From Thalassomonas sp. (GTDB taxonomy: Bacteria > Bacteroidota > Bacteroidia > Flavobacteriales > BACL11): a DNA stretch of 36,788 nt. Location: the NCBI GenBank assembly GCA_047617145.1, contig JBLGCF010000002.1, positions 1 to 36,788 of the forward strand, read 5' to 3'. Below, in pieces: positions 17,067-28,753 of this stretch (its first letter is position 1; the number at the start of each line of letters is the position of its first letter). The position numbers and the translations under genes were made by a program. The notes under the pieces were generated by a model. It did no database searches. It saw only the letters and a list, made by a program, of their open reading frames with translations, and was not told where the DNA came from.

Positions 17067-19334
17067 TTAAGCGTTCTGTTTTCTGATTAAGTTAAGTGCC
17101 GATCCAGCTTTAAACCAATCAATTTGAGCTTCATTGTAAGTATGGTTTAACATAATCGTTTCAGTTGTCCCATTAGCATGAATCACTTCTAAAGTCAATT
17201 GTTTTCCGTCTGAAAATGAATTTAAATCAGTGAAGTTGAAAATATCATCTTCTTTTATTAAATCATAATCAGCTTCATTCGCAAATGTAAGCCCTAACAT
17301 TCCTTGTTTTTTAAGGTTTGTTTCGTGAATTCTGGCAAATGATTTTACAATTACTGCCATTACTCCAAGATGTCTTGGTTCCATAGCTGCATGTTCTCTT
17401 GATGAACCTTCACCATAATTATGATCACCCACTACAATAGAAGTAATTCCTGCTGTTTTGTAGGTTCTTGCAATATTTGGCACTTCATCAATACTTCCAT
17501 CTATTTGGCTTACTACAGCATTTGTTTTTCCTCCAAAAGCATTTACCGCACCAATCAAACAGTTGTTAGATATATTATCTAAATGACCTCTGTATTTTAG
17601 CCATGGTCCTGCCATAGAAATATGATCGGTAGTACATTTCCCTTCTGCTTTTATCAATAATTTTGCTCCTGTAATGTTTTCTCCATCCCAAGCAGTAAAA
17701 GGAGTTAATAGTTGCAATCTGTTTGATTCAGGGCTAACAACTACTTCAATTCCACTTCCGTGTTCAGCTGGTGCTTGATATCCATTATCCTCTACTGCAA
17801 ATCCGTTTTTAGGTAATTCTACTCCGTGAGGTTCTGATAGTTTCACTTGCTCTCCATTTTCGTTGGTTAGTGTGTCAGTTATAGGGTTGAAATCCAATCT
17901 CCCGGAAATTGCAATTGCAGCTACCATTTCTGGTGAACCTACAAATGCGTGTGTGTTTGGGTTTCCGTCTGCACGCTTGGCAAAGTTTCTGTTAAAGGAA
18001 TGAACAATTGTATTTTTTTCTTGTTTGCTAGCTCCCTCTCTGTCCCATTGTCCGATACAAGGACCGCAAGCGTTCGTAAATATTTTAGTGGATTCAAATT
18101 TCATAAACGAATCCATCAATCCATCTCTTTCAGCTGTAAAACGAACTTGCTCCGAACCAGGATTTATTCCTAAAGTTGCTTTAGGTTTAAGTCCCTTAGC
18201 TACAGCATCCTCTACAATAGAAGCGGCTCTTGTTAAATCCTCATAAGAAGAGTTGGTGCAAGAGCCGATTAGTGCCCACTCTACATCTAAAGGCCAGTCA
18301 TTTTTCACTGCCTTTTCTTTCATTTCAGAAACTGGAGTTGCCAAATCTGGCGTAAACGGTCCGTTTAAATGGGGCGTTAATTCTGATAAATTAACCTCAA
18401 TTACTTCATCAAAATATAATTCAGGATTTTCGTAAACTTCCGCATCTCCTGTTAAGTGTTCTTTTATTTCGTTTGCAGCATCTGCTACATCATGTCTGTC
18501 TGTTGCTCTTAAGTATCTTTCCATACTCTTATCATATCCAAAAGTTGAGGTTGTTGCTCCAATTTCAGCTCCCATATTGCAAATTGTTCCTTTCCCTGTT
18601 GCCGAAAGTGATTTTGCTCCTTCCCCAAAATATTCTACAATAGCACCAGTTCCACCTTTTACGGTAAGTATTCCAGCAACTTTTAATATCACATCTTTAG
18701 CTGATGTCCAACCGCTTAATTTTCCAGTTAGTTTTATTCCAATTAATTTTGGGAATTTCAATTCCCAAGGCATTCCTGCCATTACATCTACTGCATCAGC
18801 ACCACCAACACCAATGGCAACCATTCCTAATCCACCAGCATTTACTGTATGCGAATCGGTTCCTATCATCATTCCTCCTGGGAAAGCGTAATTTTCTAGT
18901 ACTACTTGATGGATAATTCCTGCTCCTGGCTTCCAGAAACCAATTCCGAATTTATTACATACCGAACTTAAAAAGTTAAATACTTCATTGTTGGTATTCA
19001 AACTTTCTTGTAAATCTTTATCTGCTCCTAATTTAGCCAAAATTAAATGATCGGCATGTGTAGTAGAAGGTACAGCTACTTTATCTTTTCCTGCTTGCAT
19101 AAATTGTAACAATGCCATTTGTGCAGTTGCATCTTGCATGGCTACTCTGTCTGGTGCAAAATCAACATAATCCTCTCCTCTTGTAAATGCAGTCTCTGCA
19201 TTGCCTTTCCAAAGGTGAGTGTAAAGAATTTTCTCAGAAAGTGTTAACGGTTTTCCTGTTACTTTTCTAGCAGATTCAACTGCCTCAGGGTACTTTTTGT
19301 ATACCTTTTTTATCATGTTAATATCGAAAGCCAT
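17067..19334 (-). CDS. acnA: Aconitate hydratase (mitochondrial-type aconitase of Bacteroidota)
   Basis: Fe-S ligand motifs IGSCTNSS and [10 protein letters not shown] are present. The length is about 755 aa. I chose the ATG at 19334 ([10 protein letters not shown]...). The track start at 19355 is a TTG overlapping the promoter box. Confidence 0.95.
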   Translation of the reverse strand: MAFDINMIKKVYKKYPEAVESARKVTGKPLTLSEKILYTHLWKGNAETAFTRGEDYVDFAPDRVAMQDATAQMALLQFMQAGKDKVAVPSTTHADHLILAKLGADKDLQESLNTNNEVFNFLSSVCNKFGIGFWKPGAGIIHQVVLENYAFPGGMMIGTDSHTVNAGGLGMVAIGVGGADAVDVMAGMPWELKFPKLIGIKLTGKLSGWTSAKDVILKVAGILTVKGGTGAIVEYFGEGAKSLSATGKGTICNMGAEIGATTSTFGYDKSMERYLRATDRHDVADAANEIKEHLTGDAEVYENPELYFDEVIEVNLSELTPHLNGPFTPDLATPVSEMKEKAVKNDWPLDVEWALIGSCTNSSYEDLTRAASIVEDAVAKGLKPKATLGINPGSEQVRFTAERDGLMDSFMKFESTKIFTNACGPCIGQWDREGASKQEKNTIVHSFNRNFAKRADGNPNTHAFVGSPEMVAAIAISGRLDFNPITDTLTNENGEQVKLSEPHGVELPKNGFAVEDNGYQAPAEHGSGIEVVVSPESNRLQLLTPFTAWDGENITGAKLLIKAEGKCTTDHISMAGPWLKYRGHLDNISNNCLIGAVNAFGGKTNAVVSQIDGSIDEVPNIARTYKTAGITSIVVGDHNYGEGSSREHAAMEPRHLGVMAVIVKSFARIHETNLKKQGMLGLTFANEADYDLIKEDDIFNFTDLNSFSDGKQLTLEVIHANGTTETIMLNHTYNEAQIDWFKAGSALNLIRKQNA

Positions 19335-19352
19335 AAATTTTTTATTTGGTTG

Positions 19353-19360
19353 CAAATTTA
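19353..19360 (-). promoter_or_regulatory. Candidate -7 promoter box for aconitase
   Basis: TAAATTTG on the minus strand, 18 nt upstream of the ATG at 19334. Confidence 0.45.
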
Positions 19361-19410
19361 AGAAAATTCAAGGGATTTTTTGGTGTGAAAAAAGAAAATT
19401 TTAGGCAATA

Positions 19411-19441
19411 AAAAAGCCGAACACTTAGGTTCGGCTTTTAA
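19411..19441 (-). terminator. Rho-independent terminator of the rpsF-rpsR-rplI operon
   Basis: AAGCCGAAC/GTTCGGCTT forms a 9-bp stem with a 6-nt loop. A T-run follows on the minus strand, 20 nt after the rplI stop. Confidence 0.8.
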
Positions 19442-19460
19442 ATAATCGAGTTGAATCTAA

Positions 19461-19904
19461 TTATTCAGCAACAACACTATAATTTACAGTTACACTAACC
19501 GTTCTGTGTAATCTTACTTCAGCTTCATATTTCCCTAATTCTTTTACCTTAGGAAGTTTTACGAAACTTGCGTCAATAGTATGACCTAGAGCTGCTAAAG
19601 CATCCGTAAATTGTGATGTTTTTATAGAACCAAATAATTTGTTTCCTCCATCAGCAACTTTCCCTGTTAATACAATTTCTAATTTAGGTAATGCTTCTGC
19701 AATTTTGTTTGCAGCAGTAATTTCAGTTTCTTCTTTTTTAGCTTGTTGTTTTAAGTTTTCAGTTAAAACTTTTACAGCCGATTCAGTAGCTAAAATTCCT
19801 AATCCTTTTGGGATAAGGAAGTTTCTTCCGTACCCATTTTTTACTGAGACGATTTCATTTTTGAAACCTAATTTCTCAATATTTTCTTTTAATATAATAT
19901 CCAT
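19461..19904 (-). CDS. rplI: 50S ribosomal protein L9
   Basis: MDIILKENIEKLGFKNEIVSVKNGYGRNFLIPKG is the canonical L9 N-terminus. The length is 147 aa. Confidence 0.95.
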   Translation of the reverse strand: MDIILKENIEKLGFKNEIVSVKNGYGRNFLIPKGLGILATESAVKVLTENLKQQAKKEETEITAANKIAEALPKLEIVLTGKVADGGNKLFGSIKTSQFTDALAALGHTIDASFVKLPKVKELGKYEAEVRLHRTVSVTVNYSVVAE

Positions 19905-19922
19905 TTTCCTTAAGTTTTATGA

Positions 19923-20192
19923 TTATTTCAAGTTATCAGCTACATACGGTAAAAGAGCGATTTGTCTTGCTCTTTTTACTGATACGGCTAATCTTCTTTG
20001 GAATTTTAATGAGTTACCAGTAATTCTTCTTGGTAAAATTTTCCCTTGCTCATTTAAAAAACGCATTAAAAATGCAGGATCTTTATAGTCAATATAATCT
20101 ATCCCCATTTTTTTGAAACGGCAATATTTATTTTGTTGTCTTAATTCAATATCTACTGGAGATAAGTATTTGATGTCTGTTTTATTTCCCAT
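19923..20192 (-). CDS. rpsR: 30S ribosomal protein S18
   Basis: The motifs ...[26 protein letters not shown]...[12 protein letters not shown]... are conserved in S18. Confidence 0.95.
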   Translation of the reverse strand: MGNKTDIKYLSPVDIELRQQNKYCRFKKMGIDYIDYKDPAFLMRFLNEQGKILPRRITGNSLKFQRRLAVSVKRARQIALLPYVADNLK

Positions 20193-20194
20193 GA

Positions 20195-20542
20195 TTATTC
20201 AGCTTTTGCGTTAGTACTTAATTTCTTTTTTCTTCTATCAGCATAAGCTAAGGCAAATTTCTCTAATTTAACAGTTTGCCATCTTATAACACGCTCGTCT
20301 CTTTTGAATTCAACTTCAAAGTCATTTATCATTTGACCATCAGCTTGAAATTCAATTAGGTAATAAAAACCTGTTTTTTTCTTTTGGATTGTGTATTTTA
20401 GTTTCTTCAATCCCCAATTTTCTTCATTGGTAATTTTTCCTTTGCTAGCCTTAATGTGGTCAACAAATTTCTTTACTGTTTCCTTTACCTGATATTCAGA
20501 TAAAACGGGATTCATAATGAAAACAGTTTCGTAAGTAGTCAT
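20195..20542 (-). CDS. rpsF: 30S ribosomal protein S6
   Basis: The N-terminus [13 protein letters not shown] and the operon position upstream of rpsR-rplI fit S6. Confidence 0.95.
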   Translation of the reverse strand: MTTYETVFIMNPVLSEYQVKETVKKFVDHIKASKGKITNEENWGLKKLKYTIQKKKTGFYYLIEFQADGQMINDFEVEFKRDERVIRWQTVKLEKFALAYADRRKKKLSTNAKAE

Positions 20543-20578
20543 CTTTTGTTTGTTTTAGTTAATATTTTTTACGGGCGG

Positions 20579-20586
20579 CAAATTTA
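20579..20586 (-). promoter_or_regulatory. Candidate -7 promoter box for rpsF
   Basis: TAAATTTG on the minus strand, 36 nt upstream of the rpsF ATG. Confidence 0.5.
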
Positions 20587-20665
20587 GTAAAAACATTCAA
20601 TACTACATAATTAGAGACATTTTTTAATTTGATTAAATATTTAACCGCTATTTTATAAGAAATGT

Positions 20666-20673
20666 TAGTTTTG
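20666..20673 (+). promoter_or_regulatory. Candidate -7 promoter box for dnaX
   Basis: TAGTTTTG is an exact TAnnTTTG match, 26 nt upstream of the ATG at 20700. Confidence 0.5.
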
Positions 20674-20699
20674 TCTTTCGTATTTTTAAAATTAAATAA

Positions 20700-22445
20700 A
20701 TGAGTGATTTTATTGTTTCTGCTAGGAAGTATAGGCCATCAACTTTTGATGCTGTTGTTGGGCAGTCGTCAATTACCTCAACTTTAAAAAATGCAATAAA
20801 ATCAAATCAGTTAGCGCAATCTTTTTTGTTTTGCGGACCAAGAGGAGTAGGTAAAACCTCTTGTGCTAGGATATTGGCAAAGACAATAAATTGCGAAAAC
20901 ATAACTGATAATGTAGAGGCGTGTAATACTTGTGTCTCTTGTAAATCCTTTAATGAAAACGCATCCTTTAATGTGCATGAGTTGGATGCAGCATCTAATA
21001 ATTCGGTTGATGATATTAGAAAACTAGTGGATCAAGTTCGTTTTGCTCCTCAGGTTGGTGATTATAATATCTATATTATTGATGAGGTGCATATGCTGTC
21101 TGCTCAAGCTTTTAATGCTTTTTTGAAAACTTTAGAAGAGCCGCCAAAGCATGCTAAGTTTATTTTAGCAACTACTGAAAAACATAAAATTATTCCAACC
21201 ATTTTATCAAGATGTCAAATTTTTGATTTTAAAAGAGTAGGAATAACAGATATCTCTAATCATTTAGCTTTTGTTGCAAAAAGTGAGGGGATTGAAGCAC
21301 AGCAAGAAGCTTTGCATTTAATTGCTCAGAAATCGGATGGTGCTATGCGTGATTCCTTATCAATGTTTGACAGGTTAGTGAGCTTTTCAGATAAAAAATT
21401 AACTTACCAAGGAGTAATTGAGCATTTAAATATCTTGGATTATGATTATTATTTTAAAGTAACTGATGCGCTTTTGAAAAATGATATTAATGCTTTATTG
21501 AATTTATTTAATGAAATATTAGATAATGGTTTTGATGGACATCATTTTATCAATGGCTTGGCTGAGCATTTAAGAGATGTTTTAGTTTCCAAAGATGAGA
21601 GTACATTAAAATTATTAGAAAAAGGAGAAGCTTTGCAGAATAGATATCTGGAACAATCAAAGGTTTGTAGTCTTGCATTTTTAATTCCTGCTTTAGATTT
21701 ATGTAATGAATGTGATGTGCAGTATAAAACATCAAACAATAAACGGCTTTTAGTTGAGTTATCGTTAATGCGAATTTCTTCCATAGGACATCAAATAGCT
21801 GAAAAAAAAAGCCCTAAAAGTTTTATAGTCACCTTAAATGATGAGAAAAAGCATGTTTCTGTTGAAAAAGTGACTGAAATTAATGAAAAAATAGAAAAAA
21901 CGACCGAAAACTATAAAAAACCTGAAAGTGAAGTATTTAAACTAAAACCAATTCCAAAAATTTCATTATCAGCCAAAAAGCAATCCAAAACAATTTCGAT
22001 AACAGCAGCTTTTCAGCAGATAAATAAAAAGAAAGAAGTTGATCAAGAAGAAGTAGATGCTTCAAATTTAAGAAACCAGGATTTTTCAGCAAGTAAAATG
22101 CTACAAACTTGGAAGGAGGTAATCGCATTTGTAAAGCAAAAAGGAAAATCAAATTTAGGAATTACATTAGGTGTTTTTCCTCCAGAATTAAAGGAAAATT
22201 ATGAAATTGTACTATCCTTAAGTAATAGTTCGCAAGTTGAGATGTTACTAGAAGAGAAGTATATGATTTTAGAATTTTTAAGGAATAAGTTAGAGAACGA
22301 TTATATTGAAATAACAACTAAGGTAATTGAAGGAGAAAAAAGCAATATCCCTTATACCAATAAAGATAAATTTGCCAAAATGATGGAAGAGAATCCTCAT
22401 TTGGAAACTTTAAGAATGAAGCTGGGACTTGATCCTGATTATTAA
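20700..22445 (+). CDS. dnaX: DNA polymerase III subunit gamma/tau
   Basis: Walker A GPRGVGKTS, zinc module CENITDNVEACNTCVSC, Walker B IYIIDEVHML and SRC motif LSRCQIF are present. The linker is low-complexity, and a C-terminal tau-specific region follows. Confidence 0.95.
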   Translation: MSDFIVSARKYRPSTFDAVVGQSSITSTLKNAIKSNQLAQSFLFCGPRGVGKTSCARILAKTINCENITDNVEACNTCVSCKSFNENASFNVHELDAASNNSVDDIRKLVDQVRFAPQVGDYNIYIIDEVHMLSAQAFNAFLKTLEEPPKHAKFILATTEKHKIIPTILSRCQIFDFKRVGITDISNHLAFVAKSEGIEAQQEALHLIAQKSDGAMRDSLSMFDRLVSFSDKKLTYQGVIEHLNILDYDYYFKVTDALLKNDINALLNLFNEILDNGFDGHHFINGLAEHLRDVLVSKDESTLKLLEKGEALQNRYLEQSKVCSLAFLIPALDLCNECDVQYKTSNNKRLLVELSLMRISSIGHQIAEKKSPKSFIVTLNDEKKHVSVEKVTEINEKIEKTTENYKKPESEVFKLKPIPKISLSAKKQSKTISITAAFQQINKKKEVDQEEVDASNLRNQDFSASKMLQTWKEVIAFVKQKGKSNLGITLGVFPPELKENYEIVLSLSNSSQVEMLLEEKYMILEFLRNKLENDYIEITTKVIEGEKSNIPYTNKDKFAKMMEENPHLETLRMKLGLDPDY

Positions 22446-22456
22446 CAGAAAAACTA

Positions 22457-25393
22457 ATGAATATGAAACCAAAACAAATCTTAACCATTGCGCTAATAGT
22501 AGTAGCAGGAATCTATTTCGCAATAAATGCAAAAGAACAAATGAATAAAATTGAAAATAATTATGAAACGGTAGCAAATGATCCGTTAAAGGCAAGAGTT
22601 TATACCTTAGATAACGGACTTAAGGTGTACTTAACAGCTTATGCTGATGCGCCTAGAGTTCAAACAAATATTGCTGTGCGTGCTGGCAGTAAAAATGATC
22701 CTGCTGACGCTACAGGTTTAGCGCATTATTTAGAGCATATGTTATTTAAAGGTACTGATATTTATGGTTCTTTGGATTTTGAGAAAGAAGCACCAATGTT
22801 AGATATGATTGAAGCACTTTATGAAGAGTACCGTACGATTGATATGGATGATGAAGTGAACAGAAATAGAGTATGGAGGCAGATTGATTCTATTTCGGGT
22901 GAGGCTGCAAAATATGCCATTGCCAATGAGTACGATAAAATGGTAAGTGGGCTTGGCGCAAAGGGTACGAATGCTTATACATCTAATGAAAAGACAGTTT
23001 ATATTAATGATATTCCTTCTAATCAAATTGAGAAATGGTTAAAATTAGAAGCAGAGCGTTTTCGCTATCCTGTTTTTAGATTATTCCATACAGAGTTAGA
23101 GGCAGTATATGAAGAGAAAAATAGAGGGTTGGATAATGATGGAAGTAAAATGTTTGAAGCACTTTTTGATGGTTTATTTCCTACACACCAATATGGGCAA
23201 CAAACTACAATTGGTACAATTGAACATTTAAAAAATCCTTCTTTAACTGAAATCAGAAAGTATTTTAATAAATACTATGTGCCAAATAATATGGCAATGT
23301 GTCTTTCGGGTGATTTTGATTATGATGAAACAATCAATTTGATTAATAAATATTGGGGGAGTTTTGAAAGAAAAGAAGATCCTACTTTTAAGGTAATTCA
23401 AGAAACGCCAATTGCTGAGCCAGTTTATACTGAAGTATATGGGCCGGAAGCTGAAAGACTATACATTGGGTTTCGTTTTGATGGAGCCAATTCTGAGGAT
23501 GCAAAAATGTTAACTATGGTTGATATGGTACTTTCTAATTCAGCAGCAGGGCTTATTGACTTGAACTTAAACCAGGCGCAAGAATTAATTGGTGGAGGCT
23601 GTTTCCCTTATGTGTTGGAGGATTATTCCATGCACGGATTTTACGGTAGCCCAAAACAAGGACAAACTTTAGAAGAAGTTAAGGATTTATTATTAGCACA
23701 AATTGAAGAGGTAAAAGCAGGGAATTTCCCTGATTGGTTAGTGGGAGCTATTATTTCTGATCTTAAAGTAAATCAAATTAAGAAATTAGAAAGCAATAGT
23801 GGTAGAGCAAATGAATTTATAGATGCTTTTATTTTAGGTATTTCTTGGGAGGATCATCAAAATGAAATGGCTGAGTTGGAAAAAGTAACTAAGCAAGAAA
23901 TTGTTGCTTTTGTTAATGCAAATTATAGTGATAACTATGTAGTGGTGTACAAAAGAAATGGAGAAGATGAGTCGGTATTAAAAGTAACTAAACCTGCAAT
24001 CACTCCTGTATCGGTTAACCGTGAAGATCAATCGGAATTTTTAGTGAATTTATTGGATGAAGAAGTAGCTGATGTTGAGCCGGTTTTCTTGGATTTTGAA
24101 AATGATATTGAAAAAACTACTGTTGGTGATGTTGCTTTAATTTATAAAGAAAATACTGAAAATGAAAGGTTCAAGTTGAACTACATTTTGGATATGGGGA
24201 AAGACCATGACAATAGGTTAAAATTAGCAGTTGATTACTTGAACTATTTAGGAACAGCAGAAATGTCTCCGGCTCAAAAAGAAGAAGAGTTTTATAAATT
24301 AGGATGTGAGTTGAATGTAAGTTGCAGTGCTGATAAAATTCAAGTTACTTTAAGCGGATTGGCTGATAACTTTAATGAGTCGGTGGAGCTTTTTGAAACA
24401 ATACTTGCAGGTGCAGTTGCTGATGAAGAAGCACTTGTTGATTTAAAAATGAGTATTGTGAAAAAGAGGGGAGATGCTAAGTTAAACAAACAAGTTATCC
24501 TTTGGAGAGCTATGGGGAACTATGCTAAGTATGGTGCTAATTCATCTTTCATGAATATCTTATCTGAGGAAGAATTAAATAATGTTTCTTCAACTGAATT
24601 ATTGGAGTTAATCCATAACCTAACTTCTTACGAACACAGAATTTTATATTACGGACCAGATGAAATGATAGCTGTAGTTGATAAATTAACTGCTTTACAC
24701 ACTAATAATACGGAATTGAAAGCAATTCCTGCTAAGCAAGAATTTGTTGAAAATGCTATGGATAAACCTGTAGTGTATGTTGTGGATTATGACATGAAGC
24801 AAGCTGAGGTGATGATGTTGGCTAAAGGAAGTAAATTGAATATTGATGAATATGCAATTATCAAATATCATAATGAATATTTTGGTGGTGGAATGAGTTC
24901 AATTGTATTCCAAGAAATGAGAGAATCTAAAGCATTAGCGTATTCAGTGTACAGTACTTATACTATTCCAAGTGATGCTGATGAATCTCACTTTTTAATG
25001 AGCTATATTGGTACGCAATCCGATAAATTGTCGGATGCTATGGTTGGTATGACTGAGCTTTTGGATGTAATGCCAGAAGCTGAGGCAAACATGAATAATG
25101 CAAAAGAAGGAATTGAACAAAAAATTAGAACAGAGCGATTAACAAAATCAAGAGTGCTTTCAGAATATGAAAAAGCACAAAAATTAGGAGTTGATTATGA
25201 CCTTAGGAAAGATGTTTACAAGGGAGTTCAAACTTTTGATATGTCTAGTTTAAGAGATTTTCATAATTCTCATATTGCTACTGGTACTAGGGTAGTTATG
25301 GTGTTGGGTGCTAAGGATGATTTGGACCTAGAAGTATTGAAGCAATACGGTGAAATAAAACACTTGACTTTAGAAGATGTATTTGGTTACTAA
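22457..25393 (+). CDS. Large two-lobed M16-family (insulinase/pitrilysin-like) zinc peptidase
   Basis: The inverted zincin motif HYLEH is followed by a downstream Glu. An N-terminal membrane or signal anchor is present. The length is 978 aa. The start is 11 nt after the dnaX stop. Confidence 0.9.
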   Translation: MNMKPKQILTIALIVVAGIYFAINAKEQMNKIENNYETVANDPLKARVYTLDNGLKVYLTAYADAPRVQTNIAVRAGSKNDPADATGLAHYLEHMLFKGTDIYGSLDFEKEAPMLDMIEALYEEYRTIDMDDEVNRNRVWRQIDSISGEAAKYAIANEYDKMVSGLGAKGTNAYTSNEKTVYINDIPSNQIEKWLKLEAERFRYPVFRLFHTELEAVYEEKNRGLDNDGSKMFEALFDGLFPTHQYGQQTTIGTIEHLKNPSLTEIRKYFNKYYVPNNMAMCLSGDFDYDETINLINKYWGSFERKEDPTFKVIQETPIAEPVYTEVYGPEAERLYIGFRFDGANSEDAKMLTMVDMVLSNSAAGLIDLNLNQAQELIGGGCFPYVLEDYSMHGFYGSPKQGQTLEEVKDLLLAQIEEVKAGNFPDWLVGAIISDLKVNQIKKLESNSGRANEFIDAFILGISWEDHQNEMAELEKVTKQEIVAFVNANYSDNYVVVYKRNGEDESVLKVTKPAITPVSVNREDQSEFLVNLLDEEVADVEPVFLDFENDIEKTTVGDVALIYKENTENERFKLNYILDMGKDHDNRLKLAVDYLNYLGTAEMSPAQKEEEFYKLGCELNVSCSADKIQVTLSGLADNFNESVELFETILAGAVADEEALVDLKMSIVKKRGDAKLNKQVILWRAMGNYAKYGANSSFMNILSEEELNNVSSTELLELIHNLTSYEHRILYYGPDEMIAVVDKLTALHTNNTELKAIPAKQEFVENAMDKPVVYVVDYDMKQAEVMMLAKGSKLNIDEYAIIKYHNEYFGGGMSSIVFQEMRESKALAYSVYSTYTIPSDADESHFLMSYIGTQSDKLSDAMVGMTELLDVMPEAEANMNNAKEGIEQKIRTERLTKSRVLSEYEKAQKLGVDYDLRKDVYKGVQTFDMSSLRDFHNSHIATGTRVVMVLGAKDDLDLEVLKQYGEIKHLTLEDVFGY

Positions 25394-25397
25394 TCTT

Positions 25398-25405
25398 TAA
25401 GTTTG
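25398..25405 (+). promoter_or_regulatory. Candidate -7 promoter box for icd
   Basis: TAAGTTTG is an exact TAnnTTTG match, 22 nt upstream of the ATG at 25428. Confidence 0.45.
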
Positions 25406-25415
25406 CAGCCTTTAA

Positions 25416-27656
<2,241 letters not shown>

Positions 27657-27683
27657 ACACTAGTTAATTAGTTTCTAGAATAT

Positions 27684-27711
27684 AAAGCCGAGCAAATGCT
27701 CGGCTTTTTTA
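27684..27711 (+). terminator. Rho-independent terminator of icd
   Basis: AAAGCCGAGC-AAAT-GCTCGGCTTT forms a 10-bp stem followed by a T-run. Confidence 0.85.
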
Positions 27712-27925
27712 TTGCTCTTTTCTTAATTACCATTTTCGGGAATTTGAGAAAATGAAGGTTATTTGCACTTTGGAATGGTTAGAGCTATCTTGACATACTC
27801 CTTTATTTGTTCTAAAGAAACGCTAATTTTTTTAGAAAAATAAATAAATTATTTTATTATTATTATTGAAATAATTGCATAACACGCACTATATCAATTT
27901 CTTGCATGTTTTTTTTAGTAAAATT

Positions 27926-27950
27926 TCTTCTACGTATTATACGTAGAGGA
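27926..27950. promoter_or_regulatory. Strong palindrome, a candidate operator upstream of the small-gene cassette
   Basis: TCTTCTACGTATTATACGTAGAGGA. The core CTACGTAT-T-ATACGTAG is a perfect 8+1+8 palindrome (27930-27946), equivalent to TACGTA-TTA-TACGTA. The arms extend with one mismatch. Confidence 0.4.
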
Positions 27951-27981
27951 TTTATGTTTTTATTGTTGTATGTTTATCTGG

Positions 27982-28028
27982 AAATTAATGGGGTAGCCGA
28001 AAACCAAATAGAGTAGGCAAGTTAAAAA
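27982..28028 (+). repeat. Leader element copy 1, upstream of the lipoprotein gene
   Basis: AAATTAATGGGGTAGCCGAAAACCAAATAGAGTAGGCAAGTTAAAAA. It is 44/47 identical to copy 2. The ATG at 28038 lies 21 nt after ...TAGAGTAG. Confidence 0.85.
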
Positions 28029-28037
28029 TTAAAAAAA

Positions 28038-28331
28038 ATGAAGAAATTAACAGTAATTTTTGGAGCATTTTTGATTGCTTCAACAGTATTAACTTCTTGT
28101 AGTGGAGGTGGAGATGCAGCAGCTGATGGTCAAAGATATTGTGATTTACTATGTGAGTCCCATGAATTGATGAATAAAGCAATGTCTGGTGATCAATCGG
28201 TACTGTCTGAAGCAACAGCTTTAAGTCAAAAAGCAATGGAATTATCTGCTGAGTTAACAAGTAAATATCAGGATGATGCTGATGCTTGGGCAATTATTGG
28301 AAGTAAAATGCAAAATTGCGGTTGTTATTAA
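28038..28331 (+). CDS. Small lipoprotein, 97 aa, helical with terminal Cys pairs
   Basis: Signal peptide with lipobox LTS-C (MKKLTVIFGAFLIASTVLTSC). The mature part is hydrophilic and helical. Cys residues occur at CDLLC and at the C-terminal NCGCY. A double stop TAATAA ends the gene. Confidence 0.7.
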   Translation: MKKLTVIFGAFLIASTVLTSCSGGGDAAADGQRYCDLLCESHELMNKAMSGDQSVLSEATALSQKAMELSAELTSKYQDDADAWAIIGSKMQNCGCY

Positions 28332-28332
28332 T

Positions 28333-28379
28333 AAATTAAAGGGGTAGCCGAAAACCAAATAGAGTAGGTAAATTAAAAA
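28333..28379 (+). repeat. Leader element copy 2, upstream of the 4-TM protein gene
   Basis: AAATTAAAGGGGTAGCCGAAAACCAAATAGAGTAGGTAAATTAAAAA. The 28-nt block 28341-28368 is identical to 27990-28017. The ATG at 28390 lies 22 nt after ...TAGAGTAG. Confidence 0.85.
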
Positions 28380-28389
28380 AAATAAAATT

Positions 28390-28746
28390 ATGGAAAATTT
28401 TTCAAAAAACAAAAAGATTGCAATGGCATCAGCTGTTATTGCATTAGTTGCTTGCTTCATGCCTTTTGTGAGCTTTATGGGATTGTCTGTTACTGTAATG
28501 GGAATAATTGAGCATGCTGCAGAAGCATTGTTCTTTCCTGCAACTGCAGTTATAGCAATGTTTTTTCTTTACAAGAATAATTTTAAAATAGCTAGGCTAT
28601 CATTTCTTGTGACATTATTAGTGATAATTTACTATTCATTCTTAAAAGATGGGGCTCCTGCAGATAAGATATTTGATGTAGCTGGTATAGGGTTTTATTT
28701 AATATTGCTTTCATCAATTTCTGGTTTATTGTTCTCGAAAGAGTAA
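28390..28746 (+). CDS. Small integral membrane protein, about 4 TM segments, 118 aa
   Basis: ATG start preceded by leader copy 2. Four hydrophobic stretches are visible. I recognise no family motif. Confidence 0.65.
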   Translation: MENFSKNKKIAMASAVIALVACFMPFVSFMGLSVTVMGIIEHAAEALFFPATAVIAMFFLYKNNFKIARLSFLVTLLVIIYYSFLKDGAPADKIFDVAGIGFYLILLSSISGLLFSKE

Positions 28747-28753
28747 AGATAGT

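Noticed and set aside
20543-20578. I looked for a structured S6:S18-binding rpsF leader RNA.
   Set aside because: Given the predicted -7 box at 20579-20586, the leader would be only about 30 nt, A-rich and without a convincing hairpin. I cannot support the motif by eye.
22864-22873. AAATAGAGTA inside the M16 peptidase gene resembles the leader-element core.
   Set aside because: Only 10 nt match. It is in a coding context with different flanks and is consistent with chance in an AT-rich genome.
27854-27867. There is a short (TTA)n microsatellite and AT-rich low-complexity tracts in the 27712-28037 gap. A 7-bp inverted repeat, CATTTTC-N10-GAAAATG, lies at 27731-27754.
   Set aside because: These are too short and AT-rich to separate from background composition. 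No T-run or coding context gives them a specific role.
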